This document shows, piece by piece, positions 6,051 through 13,662 of a stretch of DNA of 32,000 nt. The notes beneath the pieces are model-generated. The model ran no database searches. It was not told the origin of the DNA and worked only from the letters and a program-made list of their open reading frames with translations. The stretch spans positions 510,001-542,000 of the forward strand of contig OY969931.1 of the NCBI GenBank assembly GCA_963704705.1, written 5' to 3'. The DNA comes from an uncultured bacterium (lineage in GTDB: Bacteria; Patescibacteriota; Gracilibacteria; UBA1369; PNNO01). The position numbers were made by a program, and so were the translations under genes. Each line of letters begins with the position of its first letter. Within the stretch, counting starts at the first letter, position 1.

Positions 6051-7772
6051 ATGCAATACGAGCTCACAAAAAAACAAATAATCTCGGAATCAAATAAAAT
6101 TCGCAGCGAATTTAGGCGAATAAACTTGGAAAAAAGCCAAAAAAAATATATTGGAAATTTTCTAAAAAAACACAAAAAGACTTTTTACATGCTTATTATT
6201 CTTACTGCAACTGAAACGCTTATAAGCATAGCTTTGCCGATAATAAGTCATCTTTATCTGGAAAAAAGTTTTGATTTGATGAGTTACAGTACTTTTCTGA
6301 TTGTTGGAATTAGTCTGTTTGTTTTAATTATTTTGTTTTTAATTAATAGTTTTTACAGGATTTTTGCCACACAGAAGTTCACAATGGAGGCTATTAATAA
6401 CGTACGTGAAGCATGGTACATTTATTATTTAAAGCACTCAGCTGCTTTTAAAGCAAACTTTGACGGGAAAAAATTGATGACCAAGTTCTTATATCATATT
6501 CAGTTATTAAGGCTTGGAGTAAGTAATGTTCTTGCAACAGGGCTTCAGGCTCTTTTGATGTATATTGCGATTTTGTTGTTTTCAATATTTTTCAATCCAA
6601 AGTTGTTTTTGGTTTTATGGCTTTCTGTGCCGCTTTTTATAATAATATTTCTTATCACAGATTATATAGGACGACATTATATTACCCGCGAACAAACATT
6701 TAACAGCAGAATAGTCGAACATTTAGCTGATACATTATTGAATTTTTCTCTGTTTAAATCACAGGGCAGGGAACGGGCAAAACTTAAAGACTTTGATAAT
6801 TTGATTGAAGTAGATACTTATTTTAGAATTAGAAGACAATTATGGCTTCAATTCAGTAATAGATTTTTGTATGGAATTATTCTTCTTGTTGGAGTGATTT
6901 TCTATTTTGTTCAGATTTACTGGCCATTTGTAGAATTTGATTCTCTTACAAATGTGGCAGCGACAGGTATTATAATGGCATATTTTGTGAAAGTTTTATA
7001 TTCCACAGCAAGAGTAGGAATGTTTTATGAGGCATTTAGATTAGGTTTGAGATTAGTAGTGCCAAAATTTCCATATAATATAAATAAATCCATCCTTAAA
7101 CTTCCAAGTTGGAAAAAATTGAGATTCCATAGCAAAAAAACAAAGCTCGCAAAATATGGAAATTACATAAAAGATTTTAATTTTGAAATTGAAAAAGGGA
7201 AAAAATATCTTGTCTATTCGAATGGATCATATGGAAAATCAACACTGGCAAAATATTTAACCGGTACAAAATCCAATTCGAGTATAATTGTAAATCTCGA
7301 TAAAAGGCGATTCACTTCCGATATTTTCACTTCTTACAAAAATAACAGCTTCTTTATTTCCGAGGAAATCCGTTTTGATATTACTCTGGCTGAGTACATT
7401 TTTGCTAAAGGTCTTGATGATATTTCAAGAGCTGATATTGATGAGTTAATAGATAAGCTGAAAAAATACGAAATATTTGATTTTTTATTTGATCATAAGA
7501 GTTTTATTGGAAGAGAGGTTGTATCAGGGGATCTTTCAACACAGGAAAATGCACTTTTGCAAATTGCACATTGTATTATGAATCCTAAAAAACTTATTTC
7601 TATTGATCACAGCTGTTTTGATGAATCTTATTCACAGATTATAAGAGGGTTGGAAATTTTGTTAGAAGAATGTCCTAAAACCACATATGTTTTCTTTTCA
7701 AATAAACCAAATAATTTATTTAAGTATGACAAAACGTTCGAGCTTAATAAGGCCGAGTTTAAAGAGATATAA
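6051..7772 (+). CDS. ABC exporter-like protein (N-terminal 6-TM type-1 exporter domain + C-terminal nucleotide-binding-like domain with degenerate catalytic motifs)
   Basis: The TM-rich region is aa ~45-330. The NBD-like region has Walker A-like SNGSYGKST, a signature-like LSTQE (instead of LSGGQ), Walker B LISIDHS (D-H instead of D-E), no Q-loop Gln (FFISEE), and FFSNKP where the H-loop His is expected. These alignments are by eye. Confidence 0.65.
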   Translation: MQYELTKKQIISESNKIRSEFRRINLEKSQKKYIGNFLKKHKKTFYMLIILTATETLISIALPIISHLYLEKSFDLMSYSTFLIVGISLFVLIILFLINSFYRIFATQKFTMEAINNVREAWYIYYLKHSAAFKANFDGKKLMTKFLYHIQLLRLGVSNVLATGLQALLMYIAILLFSIFFNPKLFLVLWLSVPLFIIIFLITDYIGRHYITREQTFNSRIVEHLADTLLNFSLFKSQGRERAKLKDFDNLIEVDTYFRIRRQLWLQFSNRFLYGIILLVGVIFYFVQIYWPFVEFDSLTNVAATGIIMAYFVKVLYSTARVGMFYEAFRLGLRLVVPKFPYNINKSILKLPSWKKLRFHSKKTKLAKYGNYIKDFNFEIEKGKKYLVYSNGSYGKSTLAKYLTGTKSNSSIIVNLDKRRFTSDIFTSYKNNSFFISEEIRFDITLAEYIFAKGLDDISRADIDELIDKLKKYEIFDFLFDHKSFIGREVVSGDLSTQENALLQIAHCIMNPKKLISIDHSCFDESYSQIIRGLEILLEECPKTTYVFFSNKPNNLFKYDKTFELNKAEFKEI

Positions 7773-8931
7773 AAAGCATTTCTTTATGCTTGTGGGATTT
7801 CTACTGGTGACTGCTTACCCTGTTTATTTGTTGTCTTCTGATCTTTCAGCTCATTTTATTATTGAACATCAATATAGTCCTAATTTTGAGGTTAATGTTG
7901 ATTATGATTTGGATTTAAATGTTTATGAAAATATTAACAATCAAATAAGTTTTACTGAGAAAGTATTGGACTCTATCAATAATGCACAAGAAGAAATATA
8001 TATAGCAATGTATTCATTTAATATAGAAGAAATTAGAGATGCATTGGTTAAGGCTGAAGAAAGAGGTGTTAAGGTAGTTCTTTATTATCATAATTCCAAG
8101 AGTTTGAAGATGGATGAATTTTTGGGAGATGTTAAAGACAAATTAGATGTCAGATATGTAGCAAAAATTGAAGGTGGAGAAAGTTATTATAATCTTCATC
8201 ATAAATTTATGATTGTTGATCCGAATCTTGAGACCAGGATTTTATTAACCGGCCCATGGAACTGGTCACATTTTCAGGAGGATTTAGATCCTAATATTAT
8301 AATCGAAACTCATGATAAAGAAATTATAAGTAGCTATATGCAGGAAATCGGAAGAATTGACAGAGGTTATTCTGGATATTTTAAATTCAGGGATTTAACT
8401 TATCTTCCTTGGGATAAATTGATTAATTATCCGAATGGTGAAAGTGTTGAAATTTGGTGGTCACCTGGAAGAAATGCCAATTCAATCGAAGGAAGGGTTA
8501 TTGCATTAATTAAAGAAGCAAAAAATAAAATTGATGTAAGTATGACTCAATTTGATTCGTATCAAATTGCTACATGGCTTATAAGAAGGGCTAAAGACGG
8601 AGTTAAGGTAAGAATGATAGTAAGTGCCAATACTGTTGAAGACGAACAATCAATTGTTCCATGGTTTAAAAATAAAATTAAAGAATTGAATTTAAATATT
8701 GAAGTGTATGAAGGAGGCACTTTAGCTACAGAAGAGAATCCTGAGTATTCGATTTTTCATCATCACAATATGATTATTGACGATAAAGTAACATTTACAA
8801 GCACGGCAAACTGGACGTTTGGAGGATTTTTTGCGAATGATGAAAACAGTATGGTAATTACAAGTGAAAAAATTACAAAAGATTTTCAAAATATATTTGA
8901 TAACTATTTAAATTACCTAAATAATAAATAA
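7726..8931 (+). CDS. Membrane-anchored phospholipase D / HKD-superfamily protein (two PLD-like halves)
   Basis: The first half has an intact HxK(x)4D motif, YNLHHKFMIVD...LLTGPWNWS. The second half reads FHHHNMIIDDKVTFTSTANWT, which keeps His, Asp and the S-x-N but lacks the Lys. The ORF-track start at 7687 overlaps the ABC gene by 86 nt. The ATG at 7726 (MTKRSSLIRPSLKRYKKHFF + TM helix LVGFLLVTAYPVYLL) gives a typical positive-inside signal anchor. The ATG at 7786 is an alternative start. Confidence 0.7.
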   Translation: MTKRSSLIRPSLKRYKKHFFMLVGFLLVTAYPVYLLSSDLSAHFIIEHQYSPNFEVNVDYDLDLNVYENINNQISFTEKVLDSINNAQEEIYIAMYSFNIEEIRDALVKAEERGVKVVLYYHNSKSLKMDEFLGDVKDKLDVRYVAKIEGGESYYNLHHKFMIVDPNLETRILLTGPWNWSHFQEDLDPNIIIETHDKEIISSYMQEIGRIDRGYSGYFKFRDLTYLPWDKLINYPNGESVEIWWSPGRNANSIEGRVIALIKEAKNKIDVSMTQFDSYQIATWLIRRAKDGVKVRMIVSANTVEDEQSIVPWFKNKIKELNLNIEVYEGGTLATEENPEYSIFHHHNMIIDDKVTFTSTANWTFGGFFANDENSMVITSEKITKDFQNIFDNYLNYLNNK

Positions 8932-8932
8932 T

Positions 8933-10042
8933 ATGGATTATGCATTTATCGGACAAGCAGCGATTGTTGTCATTCTGGCATTAATTCCAGCCTTAATTTG
9001 GTTGCGTATTTGGAGAGGGAAAAGAAGTTCCAAAACAGGAAAACGATATATGCTTTTAGCTTTTGCTTTGGGAGCTTTGTCTGTTTTTCCTGTATTCTTT
9101 GTACATTGGATTTGGGCTACATTTCCCCAAACAGATGTTATTAATTTAATTACTCAGGTAGAGGTTACACCCAAACAAAAAGTTATTATCCTGTTTACTA
9201 TAGTTGCGATTGTTGAAGAAGTAGCTAAATTTTTGGTTGTACTATCTATTGATAAATCTTCAAAACTTGTAAGATCCATTCATGACGCGATTAAATTTGG
9301 AGTAACAGCTGGGCTTGGATTTGCTTTTGCGGAAAATATTTATTATTTTTATACAGTTGGTGTAAATATGCAGTTAGTGCAGTTTATTGCTTTATTTACT
9401 TTTAGATCATTAATCACTGTTTGCGGACATTTAATCTTTTCAGGTGTATTCGGTAATTATTATGGTATATCTAAATTTTCCAAATCATATGCTACTCAGG
9501 CTTACTGGGGAAATACAAGAAAACTTGATAAACGATCGCTAACTGATCAGCAATTGGACAGAAAAGCATTTATTTTCAGAAAAATGATGATCGCTAAAGG
9601 ACTTACATATGCTGTTGTTTTGCATGCCATGTTTAATTACTTTTTGGAAAATCAAATGGTAAGTTATGTTTTATGGCTAATTGGAATAAGTCTTATTTAT
9701 CTGGTTTATTTATACAAAAGGAGAAGCGGATATATTAATGTTTTATATAGAGAATCCAAATTTTCACATATGAGAGATAGAGATAAAGATGTTGTGCTTG
9801 AATTACTTGGCATGTGGTACAAAGAAGGCAAATATATGCAGGTAATAGATACCTCAAAAAGATTATTAAAAAAAGATCCAAACAACCCATTAATACGTTT
9901 ATTTTTAAATAAAGCTGTTGATAACCAGAAATTTATTGATGCATATAGTGCAATCAGGAATCTTTTCTTTCCAAAAAATTATCTAGAAGGATTGGATGAA
10001 GAAGAATTTGATGAAGAAGAAAAAAATGAAAAATCGACTTAA
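8933..10042 (+). CDS. PrsW-family intramembrane protease with a ~90-aa soluble C-terminal extension
   Basis: Family hallmarks: EExxK (IVEEVAKFLVV), GLGFAFAENIYYFY, CGHLIFSGVFG and HAMFNY, spread over multiple TM helices. The ATG is 1 nt after the PLD stop. The C-terminus ends in an acidic tail (EEEFDEEEKNEK). Confidence 0.75.
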   Translation: MDYAFIGQAAIVVILALIPALIWLRIWRGKRSSKTGKRYMLLAFALGALSVFPVFFVHWIWATFPQTDVINLITQVEVTPKQKVIILFTIVAIVEEVAKFLVVLSIDKSSKLVRSIHDAIKFGVTAGLGFAFAENIYYFYTVGVNMQLVQFIALFTFRSLITVCGHLIFSGVFGNYYGISKFSKSYATQAYWGNTRKLDKRSLTDQQLDRKAFIFRKMMIAKGLTYAVVLHAMFNYFLENQMVSYVLWLIGISLIYLVYLYKRRSGYINVLYRESKFSHMRDRDKDVVLELLGMWYKEGKYMQVIDTSKRLLKKDPNNPLIRLFLNKAVDNQKFIDAYSAIRNLFFPKNYLEGLDEEEFDEEEKNEKST

Positions 10043-10071
10043 TTGACAGGTAAGCGATAATAACGTATAAT
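10043..10071 (+). promoter_or_regulatory. Consensus sigma70 promoter
   Basis: TTGACA (10043-10048), exactly 17 nt, TATAAT (10066-10071), immediately after the PrsW stop and 44 nt upstream of the ATG at 10115. Confidence 0.6.
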
Positions 10072-10114
10072 ATAGGAGGTAAAAATAATTAATATTCTTT
10101 AAATAAAAACAAAA

Positions 10115-10687
10115 ATGGAAGAAAACAAAAAACCAGTTCCACCAATGATGGAACAAAAATTAGTAAAATTTGAGATCGGAAAATTGCTTGCATTAGTCAT
10201 TACTGTAGTTGTAGTTGCAGGTGTTGCAGGTATATTCCTTACTTCAAATTATTTTAAGGGTGATCTTGGTGATGCTCAAAACGGAGCATTAAGTCAAGAT
10301 GAAGAATTTGCTTTACAGCAGAATTGTAATACTTTTACAATTCCACAAATTCAGGAGAGATTATCAAGTTCTTATGTAACTGCTGAAGAAAAAAGTATTC
10401 TTCATGCATGTATGAATGAATTATATGAAGATAGATCAACAGTACCTCAGATAGTTCCAAAAGATGATGACACTGTAAATACAACAGTACCTCAGATAGT
10501 TCCAAGAGATGATGATACTGTAAATACAACAGTACCTCAGATAGTTCCAAAAGATGATGACACTGTAAATACAACAGTACCTGCGATAGTTCCAAAAGAT
10601 GATGACACTGTAAATACAACAGTACCTCAGATAGTTCCAAGAGATGATGATACTGTAAATACAACAGTACCTGCGATAAAAAAATAA
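10115..10687 (+). CDS. Single-pass membrane protein with a C-terminal array of 15-aa repeats (TVPQIVPKDDDTVNT)
   Basis: N-terminal TM helix LLALVITVVVVAGVAGIFLT. The exported part ends in 5.3 tandem 15-aa repeats. A promoter lies upstream and a terminator downstream. Confidence 0.7.
   Translation: MEENKKPVPPMMEQKLVKFEIGKLLALVITVVVVAGVAGIFLTSNYFKGDLGDAQNGALSQDEEFALQQNCNTFTIPQIQERLSSSYVTAEEKSILHACMNELYEDRSTVPQIVPKDDDTVNTTVPQIVPRDDDTVNTTVPQIVPKDDDTVNTTVPAIVPKDDDTVNTTVPQIVPRDDDTVNTTVPAIKK
10439..10678 (+). repeat. 45-bp in-frame tandem repeat, 5 full units plus a 15-nt partial unit
   Basis: Units start at 10439, 10484, 10529, 10574, 10619 and 10664 (partial). Two unit variants occur: AAA..GAC (Lys) and AGA..GAT (Arg). 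A further CAG/GCG (Gln/Ala) difference is present in unit 4 and the partial unit. Confidence 0.95.
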
Positions 10688-10712
10688 AAGTATTTTAATA
10701 ATTTAAAATTTT

Positions 10713-10750
10713 AAAGGGTTCCATTGCATATGCTTGGTACCCTTTTTTTA
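10713..10750 (+). terminator. Rho-independent terminator after the repeat-protein gene
   Basis: GGGTTCCA (10716-10723) pairs with TGGTACCC (10735-10742) with one mismatch, followed by T7 (10743-10749). It lies inside the N-terminal extension of ORF-track entry 10724..11578, which argues that extension is not translated. Confidence 0.7.
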
Positions 10751-10810
10751 TTGCATTCATTTTCTATTTTAAGTAAGCTAAAATCATCATACTTCATAAC
10801 AAATTTGATT

Positions 10811-11578
10811 ATGGAAGCTTTAGTTGTTTTTTATCCGATTTTTATAATTGTCGGTATTATTGTTTTAGTGAGCATTCGGCAGATTAATGAGTATCAACGC
10901 GGTGTTATGTTCACTTTGGGTAAATATACAGGCACTAAAATGCCGGGATGGCGCTTGGTTATACCGATATTTCAAAGTATGCGAAAAGTTGATATTCGTA
11001 CAAAAGCAGTTGATGTACCAGATCAGGAAGCAATTACAAAAGATAATGTTTCTATTCATATTAATGCGGTAATTTATTACAAAATTTCAGCAGCTGATAA
11101 GTCAATTATTGCAGTTGAGAATTTTTATTGGGCTATCAGCCAGCTTGCGCAAACTACAATGCGTAATGCGGTTGGTGAAGTAAGCTTAGATGATTTATTG
11201 AAAAATAGAGATCAAATCGCACACAGAATTCAGCAAATTGTTGATAAAGCTTCTGACCCTTGGGGTATTAAAGTTGAATCAGTTGAGTTAAAAGATATTG
11301 TACTTCCGGCAGATTTAAAAAGAACAATGGCAAAAGAAGCAGAAGCTGAACGTGAAAAACGTGCTGTTATCATTAGAGCTGCAGGTGAAGTTGAGGCAGC
11401 TGATAATATGGCAATAGCTGCAAAAATGTTAAATTCAGCTCCTGGGGCACTTCACTTAAGAACTCTTCAGACAATTAATGATCTATCATCAGATCAATCA
11501 AACACAACTATCTGGATGGTTCCTATTGAAGCGCTTAAAGCACTTGATACCATTTCAAAGAAAGGTATTCGGGAATAG
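10811..11578 (+). CDS. SPFH/band-7 (stomatin/prohibitin-like) membrane protein
   Basis: TM helix, then INEYQRGVMFTLGKY...VDIRTKAVDVPDQEAITKDNVSIHINAVIYYKI and a coiled-coil KEAEAEREKRA. The start is moved to the ATG at 10811 (Met30 of the track ORF), downstream of the terminator. Confidence 0.8.
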   Translation: MEALVVFYPIFIIVGIIVLVSIRQINEYQRGVMFTLGKYTGTKMPGWRLVIPIFQSMRKVDIRTKAVDVPDQEAITKDNVSIHINAVIYYKISAADKSIIAVENFYWAISQLAQTTMRNAVGEVSLDDLLKNRDQIAHRIQQIVDKASDPWGIKVESVELKDIVLPADLKRTMAKEAEAEREKRAVIIRAAGEVEAADNMAIAAKMLNSAPGALHLRTLQTINDLSSDQSNTTIWMVPIEALKALDTISKKGIRE

Positions 11579-11696
11579 CGTGAATACACACTAAGTTCAA
11601 AAAGATAATTGAATTTTTACGCAAAATAGGTGTTATTCATAGTTATTTTTCAACTTGGGAATATAATGAAACAGAGGATTGTATGATTCAAACATC

Positions 11697-11724
11697 TTGA
11701 CAAAAATAATAAATTTGCTATAAT
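11697..11724 (+). promoter_or_regulatory. Near-consensus sigma70 promoter
   Basis: TTGACA (11697-11702), 16 nt, TATAAT (11719-11724), 29 nt upstream of the ATG at 11753. It is bracketed by a perfect 9-bp inverted repeat, AGGATTGTA (11675-11683) / TACAATCCT (11725-11733). Confidence 0.55.
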
Positions 11725-11752
11725 TACAATCCTATCATTAATAATTTTCAAA

Positions 11753-12340
11753 ATGAGTGAAATGGATACAAATGAAACTTCACCACTTTCTAAAGAATTC
11801 GTTGATCTGATGGATGAATTTATGGGGGAACAAATTATCAGTTTCACTGCTTGGCAAGAAATAATAGCATGTGAAACCGAAGAAGCTGCCCGAAAAATAT
11901 TTGAGGCACAGTTCGATTCACCTGAGCACGCTAAAGAAGCTGAAGCTTATCTGACTAATTACATACGGGGATGTAATGCTGTATTAGCTGATGAAAATGC
12001 ACTTAAAATGAAAAAATTACATCCATCAATGACTGATTTATTAGTAAAAATGACTGAACTTGGATCTAAAAGAATGATTCAATATCTTGCTGAACTTAGA
12101 GAAAGCCCGTCAATGACAATTAAACAAGTTAGAGAAAGGTGCAAGGAAGATCTTGCTAGATTTGAAGCAGCTAATATAACTGAAGTTGCAGTTCAGGTTT
12201 ATAGAACAGCAGTTTATGAAGCTATGTCTAAATATAAGGGTGAATTGACTCAAGAACAGAAAGCTGCATTTAGAGCTGAATTAGAAGCATTAGAAGTTAA
12301 ATTTCATGAAACTTTAAATGGAAGCCTTGAAATAGCTTAA
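11753..12340 (+). CDS. Hypothetical acidic all-helical cytoplasmic protein
   Basis: 195-aa ORF with its own strong promoter. No TM helix or signal peptide and no family I recognise. Its stop overlaps the purD stop (convergent, TTAA). Confidence 0.55.
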   Translation: MSEMDTNETSPLSKEFVDLMDEFMGEQIISFTAWQEIIACETEEAARKIFEAQFDSPEHAKEAEAYLTNYIRGCNAVLADENALKMKKLHPSMTDLLVKMTELGSKRMIQYLAELRESPSMTIKQVRERCKEDLARFEAANITEVAVQVYRTAVYEAMSKYKGELTQEQKAAFRAELEALEVKFHETLNGSLEIA

Positions 12341-13650
12341 GAACGTAATTTTTTCATGTGATCCACTCGTTTCTGAATAAGTGCATCTGTTCCTATATCA
12401 TCTCTATAAAATACTTTGCCGCTAACGCTTGAAAGAGCTGAGGCGGCTATTTTTTCAGCTTCGCTGATTGTGTCTGCTATTCCGACAAATGCAAGTGCGC
12501 GCGAGCCGCTCATATAAATGCCGTCTTCTTTTTCATCAACAGAAGCATAATATAATTTTACTCCTTCCGGCACCTCGCCAATTTCAATTTTTTCGCCTTT
12601 TACAGGGTTTTCAGGATAACCTTTCGGCACAACATATTTGCAGACTGTAGCTTTCATATCAAATCTTGCATCATACATATGTAAAGTTCCTTCGATAATA
12701 TGTTCGCATAATGTCACAAAATCGCTTTTTAAAATCGGCAGCACGTTCATGGCTTCAGGATCACCAAAACGAGCGTTGTATTCGATTAAACCAAGCCCTT
12801 TCGCAGTTGCAATAAACCCGCCGTACATAATTCCTTTGAATTCGCAGCCGGTTTCATCAAATAAAGCTTTTGCTGTTCTTTGAGTAATTTCAATTGCTTT
12901 TGCAACATCTTCAGGCTTGATAAAAGGCAATAAGTGATTCGCATCACTATATGTCCCCATTCCACCTGTATTAGGACCTGTATCGCCGTTAAAAGCGCGT
13001 TTGTGGTCTTGCACAGCAGGCATTGGGATAACTGTTTTACCATCACAAAAACACATTAAGCTGAATTCTTCTCCCACAAATTTTTCTTCAATTACAACGC
13101 GGCCGAATTTTTCTATGCATTTTGATGCCCATTCAATTCCTTCTTCTTTATTTTCAATATGTTCACCACTTACTTTTACACCTTTCCCGCCCATTAATCC
13201 GTCTGCTTTAACCACATATTCGCCGCCCAATTCATCAATGAATTCAGCCATTCCTTCTGGTTTTGTGAAAACTTTGAATTTAGGATTACCAGGTACATCG
13301 TGTTTAGCCAGTAAATCGCGAGTAAATGATTTTGATGATTCAAGTCTTGCAACTGTTTTTAGTGGTGCCATTGATCTAACTTCGACTTCCAGCAAAGCAT
13401 CAACACATCCGTCAGCAATAGGATCATCAGGGCCTACAATTGCAAAATCCACACCTTCTTCTGTTGCCAATTTTTTAAGTTCATCAAATTTATCCAACGG
13501 ACCGATTTCATAACGGTCAGCAAGTTTTGCTATACCCGGATTTTTAGCTTTGCCATAGGCAATAAGCGAAATATCCTGCGGGCTTCTTTTAAGTGCTTCT
13601 GCTATTACATGTTCTCGTGCACCATTACCCACTAATAATACTTTTTTCAT
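12337..13650 (-). CDS. purD: Phosphoribosylamine--glycine ligase
   Basis: MKKVLLVGNGAREHVIAEAL..., an ATP-grasp core (VVKADGLMGGKGV, EEFSLM) and IEYNARFGDPE. Confidence 0.9.
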   Translation of the reverse strand: MKKVLLVGNGAREHVIAEALKRSPQDISLIAYGKAKNPGIAKLADRYEIGPLDKFDELKKLATEEGVDFAIVGPDDPIADGCVDALLEVEVRSMAPLKTVARLESSKSFTRDLLAKHDVPGNPKFKVFTKPEGMAEFIDELGGEYVVKADGLMGGKGVKVSGEHIENKEEGIEWASKCIEKFGRVVIEEKFVGEEFSLMCFCDGKTVIPMPAVQDHKRAFNGDTGPNTGGMGTYSDANHLLPFIKPEDVAKAIEITQRTAKALFDETGCEFKGIMYGGFIATAKGLGLIEYNARFGDPEAMNVLPILKSDFVTLCEHIIEGTLHMYDARFDMKATVCKYVVPKGYPENPVKGEKIEIGEVPEGVKLYYASVDEKEDGIYMSGSRALAFVGIADTISEAEKIAASALSSVSGKVFYRDDIGTDALIQKRVDHMKKLRS

Positions 13651-13662
13651 GATTAAATATAG

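Noticed and set aside
10335-10664. Antisense ORF across the 45-bp repeats, and the possibility that the repeat array is a CRISPR
   Set aside because: The units are directly abutting with no spacers and are in frame with a convincing sense-strand gene. The antisense ORF is itself a repeat artefact (LLELSEVLLYLQ...).
13001-13513. Long ORFs antisense to, or out of frame within, real genes. Examples: 13001-13513 and 12638-12883 in purD; 16025-16423, 17369-17596 and 17950-18234 in leuS; 24861-25211 and 25265-25483 in the HNH gene; 25834-26205 in the 691-aa gene; 18564-18920 in the PAS gene; 20579-20833; 28166-28369; 29520-29732; 31474-31671.
   Set aside because: Each overlaps a gene with strong family-level evidence on the other strand or in another frame. 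The products are low-complexity (Ser/Phe/Leu/Ile-rich) with no start context. These are typical shadow ORFs.
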